A stretch of 64,000 bases of DNA, from NCBI GenBank assembly GCA_963663165.1, contig OY760175.1, positions 3,648,001 to 3,712,000 of the forward strand. Reading direction: 5' to 3'. A program made the translations under genes and the position numbers. Origin of the DNA: an uncultured Desulfospira sp. Its GTDB lineage: Bacteria; Desulfobacterota; Desulfobacteria; Desulfobacterales; Desulfobacteraceae. A model generated the notes under the pieces. That model saw only the letters and a list, made by a program, of their open reading frames with translations, was not told the DNA's origin and ran no database searches. Positions 39,016 to 47,956 of this stretch are shown here, in pieces. Every line of letters starts with the position of its first letter. Position 1 is the first letter of the stretch.

Positions 39016-40223
39016 GCCTGGTTTTCTCCTGGTTCCATAGATGGTTCCATAGATGGTTCCATAAATGGTTCCATAAAACGGCCGGGTGAAAACGCCGACA
39101 GGTCCACATCCAGATCCCGGCCCAGAATCATGCGGGCCATCAGGTGGCCGGTGACCGGGGCCAGGGCAATGCCGTCACCTTCATGGCCGGCAGCCATATA
39201 AAAATTATTCAGTCCCCTGACAGGTCCCAGGATGGGCAGCCCGTCCGGGGTATAGGGCCTCAGTCCCGCAAAGGTCCGGATCACCTGGAACTGCCCAAGC
39301 ACCGGAACCAGGGCTGCGGTCTGCCGTAAAATTTTTTTCATCCCGTCCATGGTGGTGGTCTTGTCAAAGCCTGCAAACTCCCGGGTGGAGCCCAGCAGCA
39401 AATTGCCGTTTTCCGTCTGCTCCATGGAAATTCCCTGGCCTGCGGAAGCCGCCAGGGCCGGATCAAACTTGGCGGCGATATAGCTGGCTGACAGCAGGCA
39501 ATGGTTCAGCACCCGCCGGTCTGCCCGGGTCACCACAATCTGGCCCCGCCGGGGCGTGACGGGCATAGACACCCCGGCAAGTTCCCCTGTCCGGCCGGCC
39601 AGGGCGCCGCAGGCATTGACCGTTACATCCGCATAAACAGGCCCCTTATTGGTCTCAACCCCGGTCACGGTGGAATGTTTCCGGCAAAACCCGGTCACCC
39701 GGGTCTGGGTTAAAATGGTGGCACCAAGCTGTTTTGCCCCCAGGACAAGGCTCAAGGTCAGGCGGATGGGATTGACCTGGGCGTCCAGGGGGGAAAAGGC
39801 CGCCCCGGTGATACCAGGGGACAGAAACGGCTCTTTTTCCAGGGTCTGTTCCCGGTCCAGAAGACAGACATCCAGTCCGATCTGTTTCTGGGCCTTTACA
39901 TACTTTTCCATGGCCTGGTACTGGGCCTTAGTTTCAATAATCACCAGACCGCCGGTCTGTCTGAACTCTATGTCAATGGGCAGCTGTTCTTTAAGCGTCT
40001 TGTAAAGGGCCAGGCTTTTGAGCCCCAAAGACAGATGGACCCCCGGCTTTTTGGATTGCATGAACACCAGCCCGTCACAGGCGCCGGAGCTGCCTGAGGC
40101 CAGATCCCCCTGCTCAATTAAGGTGACCGCCGCCCCTTTTTGGGAAAGGTGAAAGGCAATGGACGCACCAATCACACCGCCGCCCACCACAGCGACACTG
40201 GGCATGGCGTTTGTCATGGTCAT
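39012..40223 (-). CDS. FAD-dependent amino-acid oxidoreductase, DAO family (HcnC/OoxB-like)
   Basis: GGGVIG, ASGSSGAC, AGLRPYTPDGLP, GHEGDG; start placed at MTMTNA overlapping the TRAP stop. Confidence 0.88.
   Translation of the reverse strand: MTMTNAMPSVAVVGGGVIGASIAFHLSQKGAAVTLIEQGDLASGSSGACDGLVFMQSKKPGVHLSLGLKSLALYKTLKEQLPIDIEFRQTGGLVIIETKAQYQAMEKYVKAQKQIGLDVCLLDREQTLEKEPFLSPGITGAAFSPLDAQVNPIRLTLSLVLGAKQLGATILTQTRVTGFCRKHSTVTGVETNKGPVYADVTVNACGALAGRTGELAGVSMPVTPRRGQIVVTRADRRVLNHCLLSASYIAAKFDPALAASAGQGISMEQTENGNLLLGSTREFAGFDKTTTMDGMKKILRQTAALVPVLGQFQVIRTFAGLRPYTPDGLPILGPVRGLNNFYMAAGHEGDGIALAPVTGHLMARMILGRDLDVDLSAFSPGRFMEPFMEPSMEPSMEPGENQA
39030..39077. repeat. 12-bp tandem repeat x4 in the 3' end of the oxidase gene
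   Basis: TGGTTCCATA(G/A)A x4, encoding MEPFMEPSMEPSMEP. Confidence 0.9.
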
Positions 40224-42148
40224 CCCTTTTCCTCTGCCGGGATGGCACTGCCCCCGGATAAGGCCCTTTTTTTCTGCCGGACAGCCATGGCAGGGATGGC
40301 CACCAGGGTCGCCACCAGCAGTACCCGGGCCGGCAGGCTGTTGATCAGTTCCGGTTTTGCGCTCACCCAGGTGACGGCCAATGCAATGCCCAGCAGGCCC
40401 CATTTAGATATCAGTCCCAGCGGCTTTAAGAAATACCCGCTTAAGGCAGCGGCCAGCAGCGTGACCCCCAGGACCAGGGCAAGGAATACCGTTATAATTT
40501 CCGGAAGTGAGCCCTGCATCAAAAGGGCCGGGTTGAAAACAAACACATAGGGAATGATAAACCCGGCCATGGCCAGCTTAAAGGCTTCAAACCCGGTCTG
40601 AAGGGGCTTGGAACCGGCAATGGAGGCCGCGCAGAACGCCGGCACGCACACCGGCGGGGTCACCCCGGCCAGGACCGCGAAATAGTAGACAAACAGATGG
40701 GCCGGCAGCATGGCTGTGCCCATGGCCAGCAATGCGGGCCCCCCAATGGTGACGGCAATAATGTAGGCAGGGGTACAGGGAAGCCCCATGCCCATGACCA
40801 GGGAAGTGACCATGATCAACAGCAATGCCGGCAGCATCTGGCCGCCGGACCAGTTGGTGATGACCGTGGCAATGCCAAGGGCCAGGCCGGTATGTGTCAC
40901 AATAGCCACCACCATGCCGGCGCCGGCACAGGCCAGGGCAATCATGACCATGTTCTGGCCGGCCGCCTGAAGGGTCTGCCACACCCGTGCTGGTGTCATC
41001 CGGGTTTCCTTTTTCACAAAACTGACCAGAAAGGTGACAATAATGGCGGCGTTGGCGGCCAGAAAGGGCGAATACCCCTTAAGGAGCATGGCCACCAGAA
41101 GGATCATGGGCAGCAGCAGATAGGAATCCCTTAAAATCTGTTTAAACGGGACAAAGGTCTCCTCGCTGACCCCGGCAAGATTATGTTTTAAGGCCATAAA
41201 ATGAACCCGGACCACCATGCTCGCGTAAAGCAGCAAAGAGCCCAGTATGGCCGCAATGACAATCTTGATATAAGATACGCCCGTAATCTCCGCCATCACA
41301 AAGGCACCGGCCCCCATAACCGGCGGCATGAGCATGCCGCCGGTGGAGGCAGCCGCCTCAACCGCACCGGCAAACCGGGCCCGGTACCCGAGTTTTTTCA
41401 TCAAAGGAATGGTGAACACCCCTGTGGAATAAACATTGGCCGCAGCCACGCCGGAAATGGAACCGAACAGCCCGGAGGAGATCACCGCAATTTTGGCCGG
41501 CCCCCCATTGCTTTTTCCGGCAATCCGGCAGGCAAGATCCGTAAAGAACTGGCCGGTTTTGGTGGCCTCCATAAAGGCCCCGAAAATCACAAACAATGCC
41601 ACAAACGTGGCCGACACCCCGGTGATGGCCCCAAAAATACCGGCATCCGTAATCAGGTACTGCATTTCAATGATTTCGGCAAAACTGATGGGCTTGGCGT
41701 AAAATACCCCGGATAAATGGGGGGCCAGATAAAGGTAAACAAAAAACCCGGCGATCAGATATGCCATGGCCGGTACCACCGCCCGCCTTACCGCCTCTAA
41801 GAGCAGCACAATCATGATGCTGCCCAGAATCAGTTCCACGGTAGTGACCTCATCCACAAATTCCAGCCGCTCGGAAAGCCGGTCCTGGAACCAGACGACA
41901 TAAAGCGGCGGGATCACGGCTATCCCGGCCAGGATCCAGTCAATCCATCCCCAGAAGGAACGCTTTTTTCCCGCGAACGTGGGGAACAGTACAAAGGCGG
42001 CCGGCAAAAGGAACAGCAGATGGATTCCCCGCTGAATCCGGGGCATATAAATCCCCACAAATGCGGTATACAACTGAAAGGTCGCCGCCGCCACCAGCCA
42101 GCCGGCCATAAGTTTATCCAGCCAGGTATTTTTTTGTATCATTATCAT
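40220..42148 (-). CDS. TRAP transporter fused permease (4TM/12TM)
   Basis: GGPAKIAVISS, EAAASTGG..PPVMGAGAF, GMGLP, TPPV. Confidence 0.92.
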   Translation of the reverse strand: MIMIQKNTWLDKLMAGWLVAAATFQLYTAFVGIYMPRIQRGIHLLFLLPAAFVLFPTFAGKKRSFWGWIDWILAGIAVIPPLYVVWFQDRLSERLEFVDEVTTVELILGSIMIVLLLEAVRRAVVPAMAYLIAGFFVYLYLAPHLSGVFYAKPISFAEIIEMQYLITDAGIFGAITGVSATFVALFVIFGAFMEATKTGQFFTDLACRIAGKSNGGPAKIAVISSGLFGSISGVAAANVYSTGVFTIPLMKKLGYRARFAGAVEAAASTGGMLMPPVMGAGAFVMAEITGVSYIKIVIAAILGSLLLYASMVVRVHFMALKHNLAGVSEETFVPFKQILRDSYLLLPMILLVAMLLKGYSPFLAANAAIIVTFLVSFVKKETRMTPARVWQTLQAAGQNMVMIALACAGAGMVVAIVTHTGLALGIATVITNWSGGQMLPALLLIMVTSLVMGMGLPCTPAYIIAVTIGGPALLAMGTAMLPAHLFVYYFAVLAGVTPPVCVPAFCAASIAGSKPLQTGFEAFKLAMAGFIIPYVFVFNPALLMQGSLPEIITVFLALVLGVTLLAAALSGYFLKPLGLISKWGLLGIALAVTWVSAKPELINSLPARVLLVATLVAIPAMAVRQKKRALSGGSAIPAEEKG

Positions 42149-42190
42149 GCCTTTGAAGGGGGCAAGGCCCGGCCTTTGCCCCTAGGGTCA

Positions 42191-43216
42191 TTAATTCATA
42201 AACCCTGCATCTTTATAATATTTTTCAGCACCGCTGTGCAGGGGAACCGCCACATTTTTCCAACCGGTTTCGGGAACAAACAGCTTGTTGGCCGGATTGA
42301 TCTTGTACAATTCATCTTTGTTTTCGCAGATGGTTTTGATGATGGTGTAGGCCACGTTTTCAGGCACGTCTTTGTTAACCAGCAGTTCGCCGGCGCTGAC
42401 CACGGTGGACACATCCGCCTCCTGCCCGCTGTAAGTGCCTTTGGGAATGACGGTTTTGCCCGTATCCTTTCCCAGGGTGCCCAGGTCGGTGTGCAGCTTT
42501 TCAATGCATTCATCGGACAGTGAGACCAGTGTGGAATCCCGGCTTACGGTCATTTCCGTAATGGCCGCCCCGGGAAGTGCCAGATGGGTAAAGACAAAGT
42601 CTACATGCGTGTCCTTGTAAAGGTTGACCATATCCGAGTAAACCGCATTAAACACCTTTCCGCCGGCATCCTTTATCTGATCAAAGGAAATGCCGTAAAA
42701 TCCCAGGATGGCTTCCATGAGCGGCAGGTCCGAGGTCCCTTTCATGGGAGCTGCCACCTTGATGGCCTTGCCGGCCTTGATCATATCGGCCAGCTGGCCC
42801 ATGGTGGAAACCCCCATTTTCTGTGAGGCCAGTACGTGAATGTGATAAATACCAAAAATCCCCCCTAAAGAGCGCACATCGGGATTGGGGCTTTTATAAA
42901 CCGGTGCCAGGCCTTTGAGCGCCATTTTATCCACAAAGGTGATGCCCCAGCCAATATCATCCTTGTGGCGGGACACCCGGACCGGGTTGACCACGCCGCC
43001 GCCGGGCACGACCTTGAGAATGACGTTGGGTTCAGCCTCGGCAATCATTCTGGCAATACCGCCGGCCTGGACATACCATCCGCCGCCGACCCCTCCGGCT
43101 GCCCAGGTCATGGTTACCGGTTCGGTAACCTTCAGATCTGAAGCGACGGAAATGCCTGTAAAAGTAAAAAGGCAGACCGCCAGAAGACACCGGATGTAAG
43201 TTAGTACGCTTTTCAT
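42191..43216 (-). CDS. TAXI-family TRAP solute-binding protein
   Basis: GGVGGGWY, IPKGTY, VPLHSGAEKYY; start at MKSVLT after GGAGG. Confidence 0.9.
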   Translation of the reverse strand: MKSVLTYIRCLLAVCLFTFTGISVASDLKVTEPVTMTWAAGGVGGGWYVQAGGIARMIAEAEPNVILKVVPGGGVVNPVRVSRHKDDIGWGITFVDKMALKGLAPVYKSPNPDVRSLGGIFGIYHIHVLASQKMGVSTMGQLADMIKAGKAIKVAAPMKGTSDLPLMEAILGFYGISFDQIKDAGGKVFNAVYSDMVNLYKDTHVDFVFTHLALPGAAITEMTVSRDSTLVSLSDECIEKLHTDLGTLGKDTGKTVIPKGTYSGQEADVSTVVSAGELLVNKDVPENVAYTIIKTICENKDELYKINPANKLFVPETGWKNVAVPLHSGAEKYYKDAGFMN

Positions 43217-43372
43217 AAAACCTCCTTTAATGATGTTATTTAATACTCGCATCACCGGCCGCACCGAAAAAAAATGCCCGGCCTGATAACCCTTAACTGA
43301 CTTGACAACCATCCGGGCACCGTTCATGATGTCTGACCCGTATGGAGGTGAAACAAAATTGTGCTGTATATT

Positions 43373-43406
43373 TGTTATTAATTATGTAATAACATTTTTA
43401 ATAACA
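43373..43406. promoter_or_regulatory. Putative operator of the divergent GntR regulator
   Basis: TGTTATTA-N6-TAATAACA plus an extra TAATAACA half-site in the divergent intergenic region. Confidence 0.5.
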
Positions 43407-43536
43407 AAACATTTCACACAAAATAACCGGATTGTCAAGGAAACGATGTTGTTTTATAGGAAAGCCTCCCCAACGACTTGAGATGACTTTCAATACTTGT
43501 TATGGGCGGTTCCCGCCTGGATAGCCGGGGCAGTCC

Positions 43537-44301
43537 ATGGCGGTTATGTGTAATAAACGAGGGAATATGAAACCAAACACCAGGCGGCCGGACAGGCAGG
43601 ACCATTCGGATCTGACCAGCAAGGCATACCAGGCCATACGCCACATGCTTTTTTGCAATCAGATCATGCCCGGCCAGAAAATTAAATACAGGGATCTGGC
43701 CGCCTTAATCGGCGTGAGCATGACCCCGGTGATCCAGGCCCTCAAATGGCTTGAATTCCGCAACATTGTCCGCCATGAGCCCAATAAGGGATATTATGTC
43801 AATGAAGTCAGTTCGACGGAGATCAGGGAGATTTATGATACACGGCTTCTCATTGAGGTTTCCCTGGTGCCGGATATCATGACACATATGGATGAGAAAG
43901 GCATTGAAACCCTTAAACACGCCCACACATCCTATGCCCGGGCGGTAGACGAAAACAAGCACACCAGCCGCATGATCACGGACATGAATTTTCACATGGC
44001 CCTGGCATCCCTGTCCGGATGCCGGATACAGCTGAAGATGCTGGATGAGCTTTTTGACGTACTCTTGCTCAGGTACAACCGGGATCTGTTTTTTTTAAGC
44101 CTGATGGAAACGTCTTTGGAAGAGCATGCCACTATTTTAAAAGGATTAGAGGAAAAAGATGAGCAGCAGGTGACAAACACCCTTCACCATCACATCAAAG
44201 TGGTCCGGGACCACATCATTGAGGGCATGGAGCGACTGTCTGCGGATGAGACTGAGCGGCTTTCTGTAAGTATGGTAAACATGGGCTCATCGGTCAAATA
44301 G
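43537..44301 (+). CDS. GntR (FadR/FCD) family transcriptional regulator
   Basis: wHTH GVSMTPVIQAL; FCD motifs DMNFH and EEH. Confidence 0.9.
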   Translation: MAVMCNKRGNMKPNTRRPDRQDHSDLTSKAYQAIRHMLFCNQIMPGQKIKYRDLAALIGVSMTPVIQALKWLEFRNIVRHEPNKGYYVNEVSSTEIREIYDTRLLIEVSLVPDIMTHMDEKGIETLKHAHTSYARAVDENKHTSRMITDMNFHMALASLSGCRIQLKMLDELFDVLLLRYNRDLFFLSLMETSLEEHATILKGLEEKDEQQVTNTLHHHIKVVRDHIIEGMERLSADETERLSVSMVNMGSSVK

Positions 44302-44435
44302 GAAAAGTACAAAAGGGCTGCTCTTGTTCCTGTTCCGCCCTGGCCTTTATATGATTATCAAATCTACTATTGACCCTTGCTACATAAATGGAGACAAAAT
44401 CACGATTAAGGGTCAAAGGCAGACCCCTTTTCAAA

Positions 44436-44831
44436 TCACTGCCATGGGATCAAGTCGGTTTTGGAAAAATCCTCCCCTTTATACAGCAGGGGCAGATTCC
44501 GAGCTTTGGCCAAAGCGTAGGAAAAAAGGTCGCCATAATTGAGCCTGGCAGGATGCCTGCCTTTTCCGAAACGCTCATAGGCCAGAGAAGCTATCATCAT
44601 CTGTTGTTTGTTAACCGGAACAACCTCGAATAATGGCAGGGCCAGCAACCGGTTCAGGCGAAGAATCCCCTCTGTTCCAAATTTTGCAGTAACAACGATA
44701 TGCAGCTCAACACCGGTAGCCGCGCTGATAAACACTTTACCGGCATTTATAAGGGCATTTTGAAACCAACCGGCATCCGGCTCCCTTAAAAATATAGCCA
44801 AAAACGCCGAGGTGTCTGCAACCATACTCAT
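44436..44831 (-). CDS. vapC: VapC PIN-domain toxin
   Basis: VADTSA..GKGRHPARLNYGDLFSYALA..LLYKGEDF. Confidence 0.92.
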   Translation of the reverse strand: MSMVADTSAFLAIFLREPDAGWFQNALINAGKVFISAATGVELHIVVTAKFGTEGILRLNRLLALPLFEVVPVNKQQMMIASLAYERFGKGRHPARLNYGDLFSYALAKARNLPLLYKGEDFSKTDLIPWQ

Positions 44832-45079
44832 GCCAGGCCATCCCCATCATAGCCGAGTATTTCGTCAGGTTCCCGTGTATCCAGTTCCGGAAGTTGTGAA
44901 AATTCATCAAACAGACGCAGGGCTTCTTGAATGGCGCCGTCACTGCTTTGGTCCGTGCCATGATTTTTAAGGTAATAATCCAGAGCCTTTTCAACGGCAG
45001 CGGTTTTATTGATTCCAAGAATACGGCCAGCCTGAATGGCTTTTTGTTCCACTCTTTGATTTGCAATATTAAGGGCCAT
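44828..45079 (-). CDS. vapB: VapB antitoxin
   Basis: MALNI..KTAAV..AL N-terminus; DEILGYD tail; ATGA overlap with vapC. Confidence 0.88.
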   Translation of the reverse strand: MALNIANQRVEQKAIQAGRILGINKTAAVEKALDYYLKNHGTDQSSDGAIQEALRLFDEFSQLPELDTREPDEILGYDGDGLA

Positions 45080-45099
45080 AGGGTATCTCCATTTTTATG

Positions 45100-45139
45100 T
45101 ATGATATGTATATCATATACATACATTTTTTTCTGTCAA
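45100..45139 (-). promoter_or_regulatory. vapBC promoter with palindromic operator
   Basis: Minus-strand TTGACA-16 nt-TATGAT; palindrome TATGATAT-gt-ATATCATA at 45100-45117. Confidence 0.6.
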
Positions 45140-45183
45140 GATGCTTCGAATCTTTACAGTTAATTTTTTAATAAAGGCTGTTT

Positions 45184-45705
45184 CAATGTCATTAACTTAA
45201 GCGTTTTCATCACTATAAATTGGGACGGCTCCTATTAACGGCAGCCGCCTTGGTTATCCAACCAAGAGCCGCCCACAACAAATATTGAAAGTCTTCTCAG
45301 GCCGTTTATATGAAAGAATCTGCAAGCTGCTGTAATTCTTTCATGCTTTGTTGTGGGCCGAACCGGATTAACAATCCAATCGGCCCCGGTTTCTGCCCTT
45401 TAGGGTATGGCCGTTAGTGAAACTTTCTTATAAAAAACATCATGAAGAGCACACCTCCCAATGCCTGACCCTGTCCGTTGCTCTCTGTGAAGTTTGGCGC
45501 AGCCAAACCTCGGTGTCCTCTGTGGTTTAAAAACATGAAATCCCAAAGGGATTTCATGTTTTTCTTGAAATTCCTGGTTTGTGAAATCAGCGGGCTTCGC
45601 CCGCATTTTCTATTTAACCACAGAGAGAATAGAGGTTTGGCTTGCGCCAAACTACACAGAGGAGACCTGCAAATAACATACGCGATGCTTAAGTTAATGA
45701 CATTG
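45184..45705. mobile_element. MITE type C (522 bp) with IS4-like TIRs and 10-bp TSD
   Basis: Perfect 19-bp TIR CAATGTCATTAACTTAAGC / GCTTAAGTTAATGACATTG; AAGGCTGTTT at 45174-45183 and 45706-45715. Confidence 0.9.
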
Positions 45706-45795
45706 AAGGCTGTTTAATTGTGGCGTAAAACCGATTCCCGGCCAGGGCTATGTAAAGGGGTCAAAGGCAGACTTGACCTCTTTTCCTTTTCCTCA

Positions 45796-46656
45796 TCAGA
45801 TGGCAACAACCCCTTCAAAGACCAGGCGGGCCGGGCCGGTCTTATAAACATGACCGGTGTCTTTGTCCCAGGAAATATCAAGGTCCCCGCCGTCCAGATG
45901 GACCCGGGCATGATCATGGATTCTGCCCGTGAGAATGGCCGCCACAACACTTGCACAGGCCCCGGTGCCGCAGGCCAGTGTCACCCCGGCACCCCGCTCC
46001 CAGACCTTCATCCTTAATTCCTCTTTTCCCATGACCTCAATAAATTCCACGTTGGTTTTTTCGGGAAACCGGGGATGGGTTTCAATTTTCCGGCCAATGG
46101 TGCTGATATCCACCCCGGACAGATCGTCCACAAAAAGGACCGCGTGGGGGTTTCCCATGGACACGGCCGTGATCTGAACATGGTGGCCGCTGCCAAGGTC
46201 AAGGTTTTCTTCCAGGGCCGTTTCATGGCCACCGTCCCGTATAAACGGAATGTTTTCCGGTGTTAAAACGGGCTTTCCCATATCCACCTGAACGGAAACC
46301 ACCTGGTTGTTGTCATCGGCCAGGATTTTCGGGACAATGGTGCCGGCCTGTGTGGCCACCCGCATTTGAGTCTTTTGGATCACCTTTGTTTCATACAGGT
46401 GCTTTGCAAAGCAGCGCATGCCGTTGCCGCACATCTGGGCCTGGGAGCCGTCGCAGTTATAAATGATAAACTCAATGTCATGGTCCGGGCTGTCCCCGGC
46501 CAGAATAATGCCGTCGGCCCCGATGCCAAAATGCCGGTCGCACAATTTCAAAGCCAGGTCAGCACAGGATATCTGCTGCCGGATCTCACCGCTTCGATCG
46601 TCCATGATAACAAAATCGTTGCCAAGGCCTTCCATTTTTACAAAAGAGATATTCAC
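45796..46656 (-). CDS. dapF: Diaminopimelate epimerase
   Basis: GLGNDF, MCGNGMRC, SMGNPH, ERGAGVTLACGTG. Confidence 0.97.
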   Translation of the reverse strand: MNISFVKMEGLGNDFVIMDDRSGEIRQQISCADLALKLCDRHFGIGADGIILAGDSPDHDIEFIIYNCDGSQAQMCGNGMRCFAKHLYETKVIQKTQMRVATQAGTIVPKILADDNNQVVSVQVDMGKPVLTPENIPFIRDGGHETALEENLDLGSGHHVQITAVSMGNPHAVLFVDDLSGVDISTIGRKIETHPRFPEKTNVEFIEVMGKEELRMKVWERGAGVTLACGTGACASVVAAILTGRIHDHARVHLDGGDLDISWDKDTGHVYKTGPARLVFEGVVAI

Positions 46657-46670
46657 GGGTTTATCTGCCT

Positions 46671-47792
46671 TTAATTAATTGCGTTTAGGATCTCCTGGCC
46701 CAGGGCATGCTTCTGCCAGTTCCTGAGACCGGATACGGCATCCAGGCTTTCCAGGCTGCCGGGCGGGTCAAAGGCCAGCCGGGTAATGAGTGCATTGTTA
46801 ATTAAAAACCCCGGCTCCATCCCCAAAGAGGTGCTCTGTTTTTCCCTCATGGTCTTCAACTTGCCAATGCGCTGCTGGACCGCCGGGGTTTTCCGCTTTG
46901 ACACGGTTTTGGGATAAGCGGGCAGTTCCCGGTGGGCTAGGGCCAACGCTCTGGATACGGCCTTGCGGCACTGGTCTCCGTACATGGATGCCTGTTTTTT
47001 GCTCAAGACTTTTTGGGCCACCATCTGTTCGACATTTTGGGGTTTTAAATGGGTCAATGCCAGAATAGACTGGTTGGACATGATTTTAAACGGGGGAACA
47101 TCTTTTTTTTCCGCCACTTTGAGCCTGAGTTCCAATAAATTTTCAAGGATGGCCAGGCTCCGGTTGTCCAGTTTTCCGGCCCCTTTAAATTTTTTAAAAA
47201 AGGGTGGCTGGTGGTTGCATTCATATCTGACCTGGGCCTGGAGTTCAAACTCTTCCCGGGCCCAGGAGAGCCGGCCGATCTTTTCTAATTTTGTTTTTAA
47301 TATATCATATAAGGCAATGAGATGGGCCACATCCCCCACGGAATAGGCAATCATCTCTGGGGACAGCGGCCGTCTGGACCAGTCCTGCCGCTGGAAGCGC
47401 TTGTCCACATGAATATTAAAATGGGCTTTTAACAAAGGGGCCAGCCCCCGTTCTTTCACATTCAAAAACCGGCAGGCAATTTCCGTGTCAAACAAATTTT
47501 TCATCTGAACCCCCAATTCCCGGTCCAGGCTTCTGACATCAAAATCCGACCCGTGAAAGACCTTGACCACCGAAGGGGATTCTAAAACTTTCACAAAAGG
47601 GTCCCACGCAGTTATGACAAAGGGATCAATCAGATAAGCCTGATCAAGAGAAGCGATCTGAACCAGGCAGATCTTTTCTTTGAAACTGTGGAGCGAATCC
47701 GCCTCAAGGTCCACAGCAATAATATTTTCCAGCGCCAAACCTGCACAGACCTGGGACAGTTCCTGATCAGACTCAATAAACTTAAAATTCAA
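46671..47792 (-). CDS. rnd: Ribonuclease D (3'-5' exonuclease + HRDC)
   Basis: VDLEAD, FHGSDFD, FDTEIA, DWSRRPL..Y..D; HRDC region. Confidence 0.88.
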   Translation of the reverse strand: MNFKFIESDQELSQVCAGLALENIIAVDLEADSLHSFKEKICLVQIASLDQAYLIDPFVITAWDPFVKVLESPSVVKVFHGSDFDVRSLDRELGVQMKNLFDTEIACRFLNVKERGLAPLLKAHFNIHVDKRFQRQDWSRRPLSPEMIAYSVGDVAHLIALYDILKTKLEKIGRLSWAREEFELQAQVRYECNHQPPFFKKFKGAGKLDNRSLAILENLLELRLKVAEKKDVPPFKIMSNQSILALTHLKPQNVEQMVAQKVLSKKQASMYGDQCRKAVSRALALAHRELPAYPKTVSKRKTPAVQQRIGKLKTMREKQSTSLGMEPGFLINNALITRLAFDPPGSLESLDAVSGLRNWQKHALGQEILNAIN

Positions 47793-47956
47793 TCTTTTTA
47801 TTTTCCCTTGATTGTTTATACCACATCTTTTAGAATTTTCTTTTTTAAACCGTCAACCCCTAAAGAGAAGAAGCCGGACGGACCCGGGGATTATTACCCC
47901 CTTTTTTTTCCGCCCACAACATATATAAATATCACATCAAACAATGGAAGTTTAAG

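Noticed and set aside
37265..40223. Hydrogen cyanide synthase hcnABC
   Set aside because: The architecture is shared with opine and amino-acid dehydrogenases; the importer and racemase context favours catabolism, so no gene symbols were assigned
47793..47956. T-box or structured leader before thrS
   Set aside because: Short AT-rich divergent promoter region with no T-box consensus
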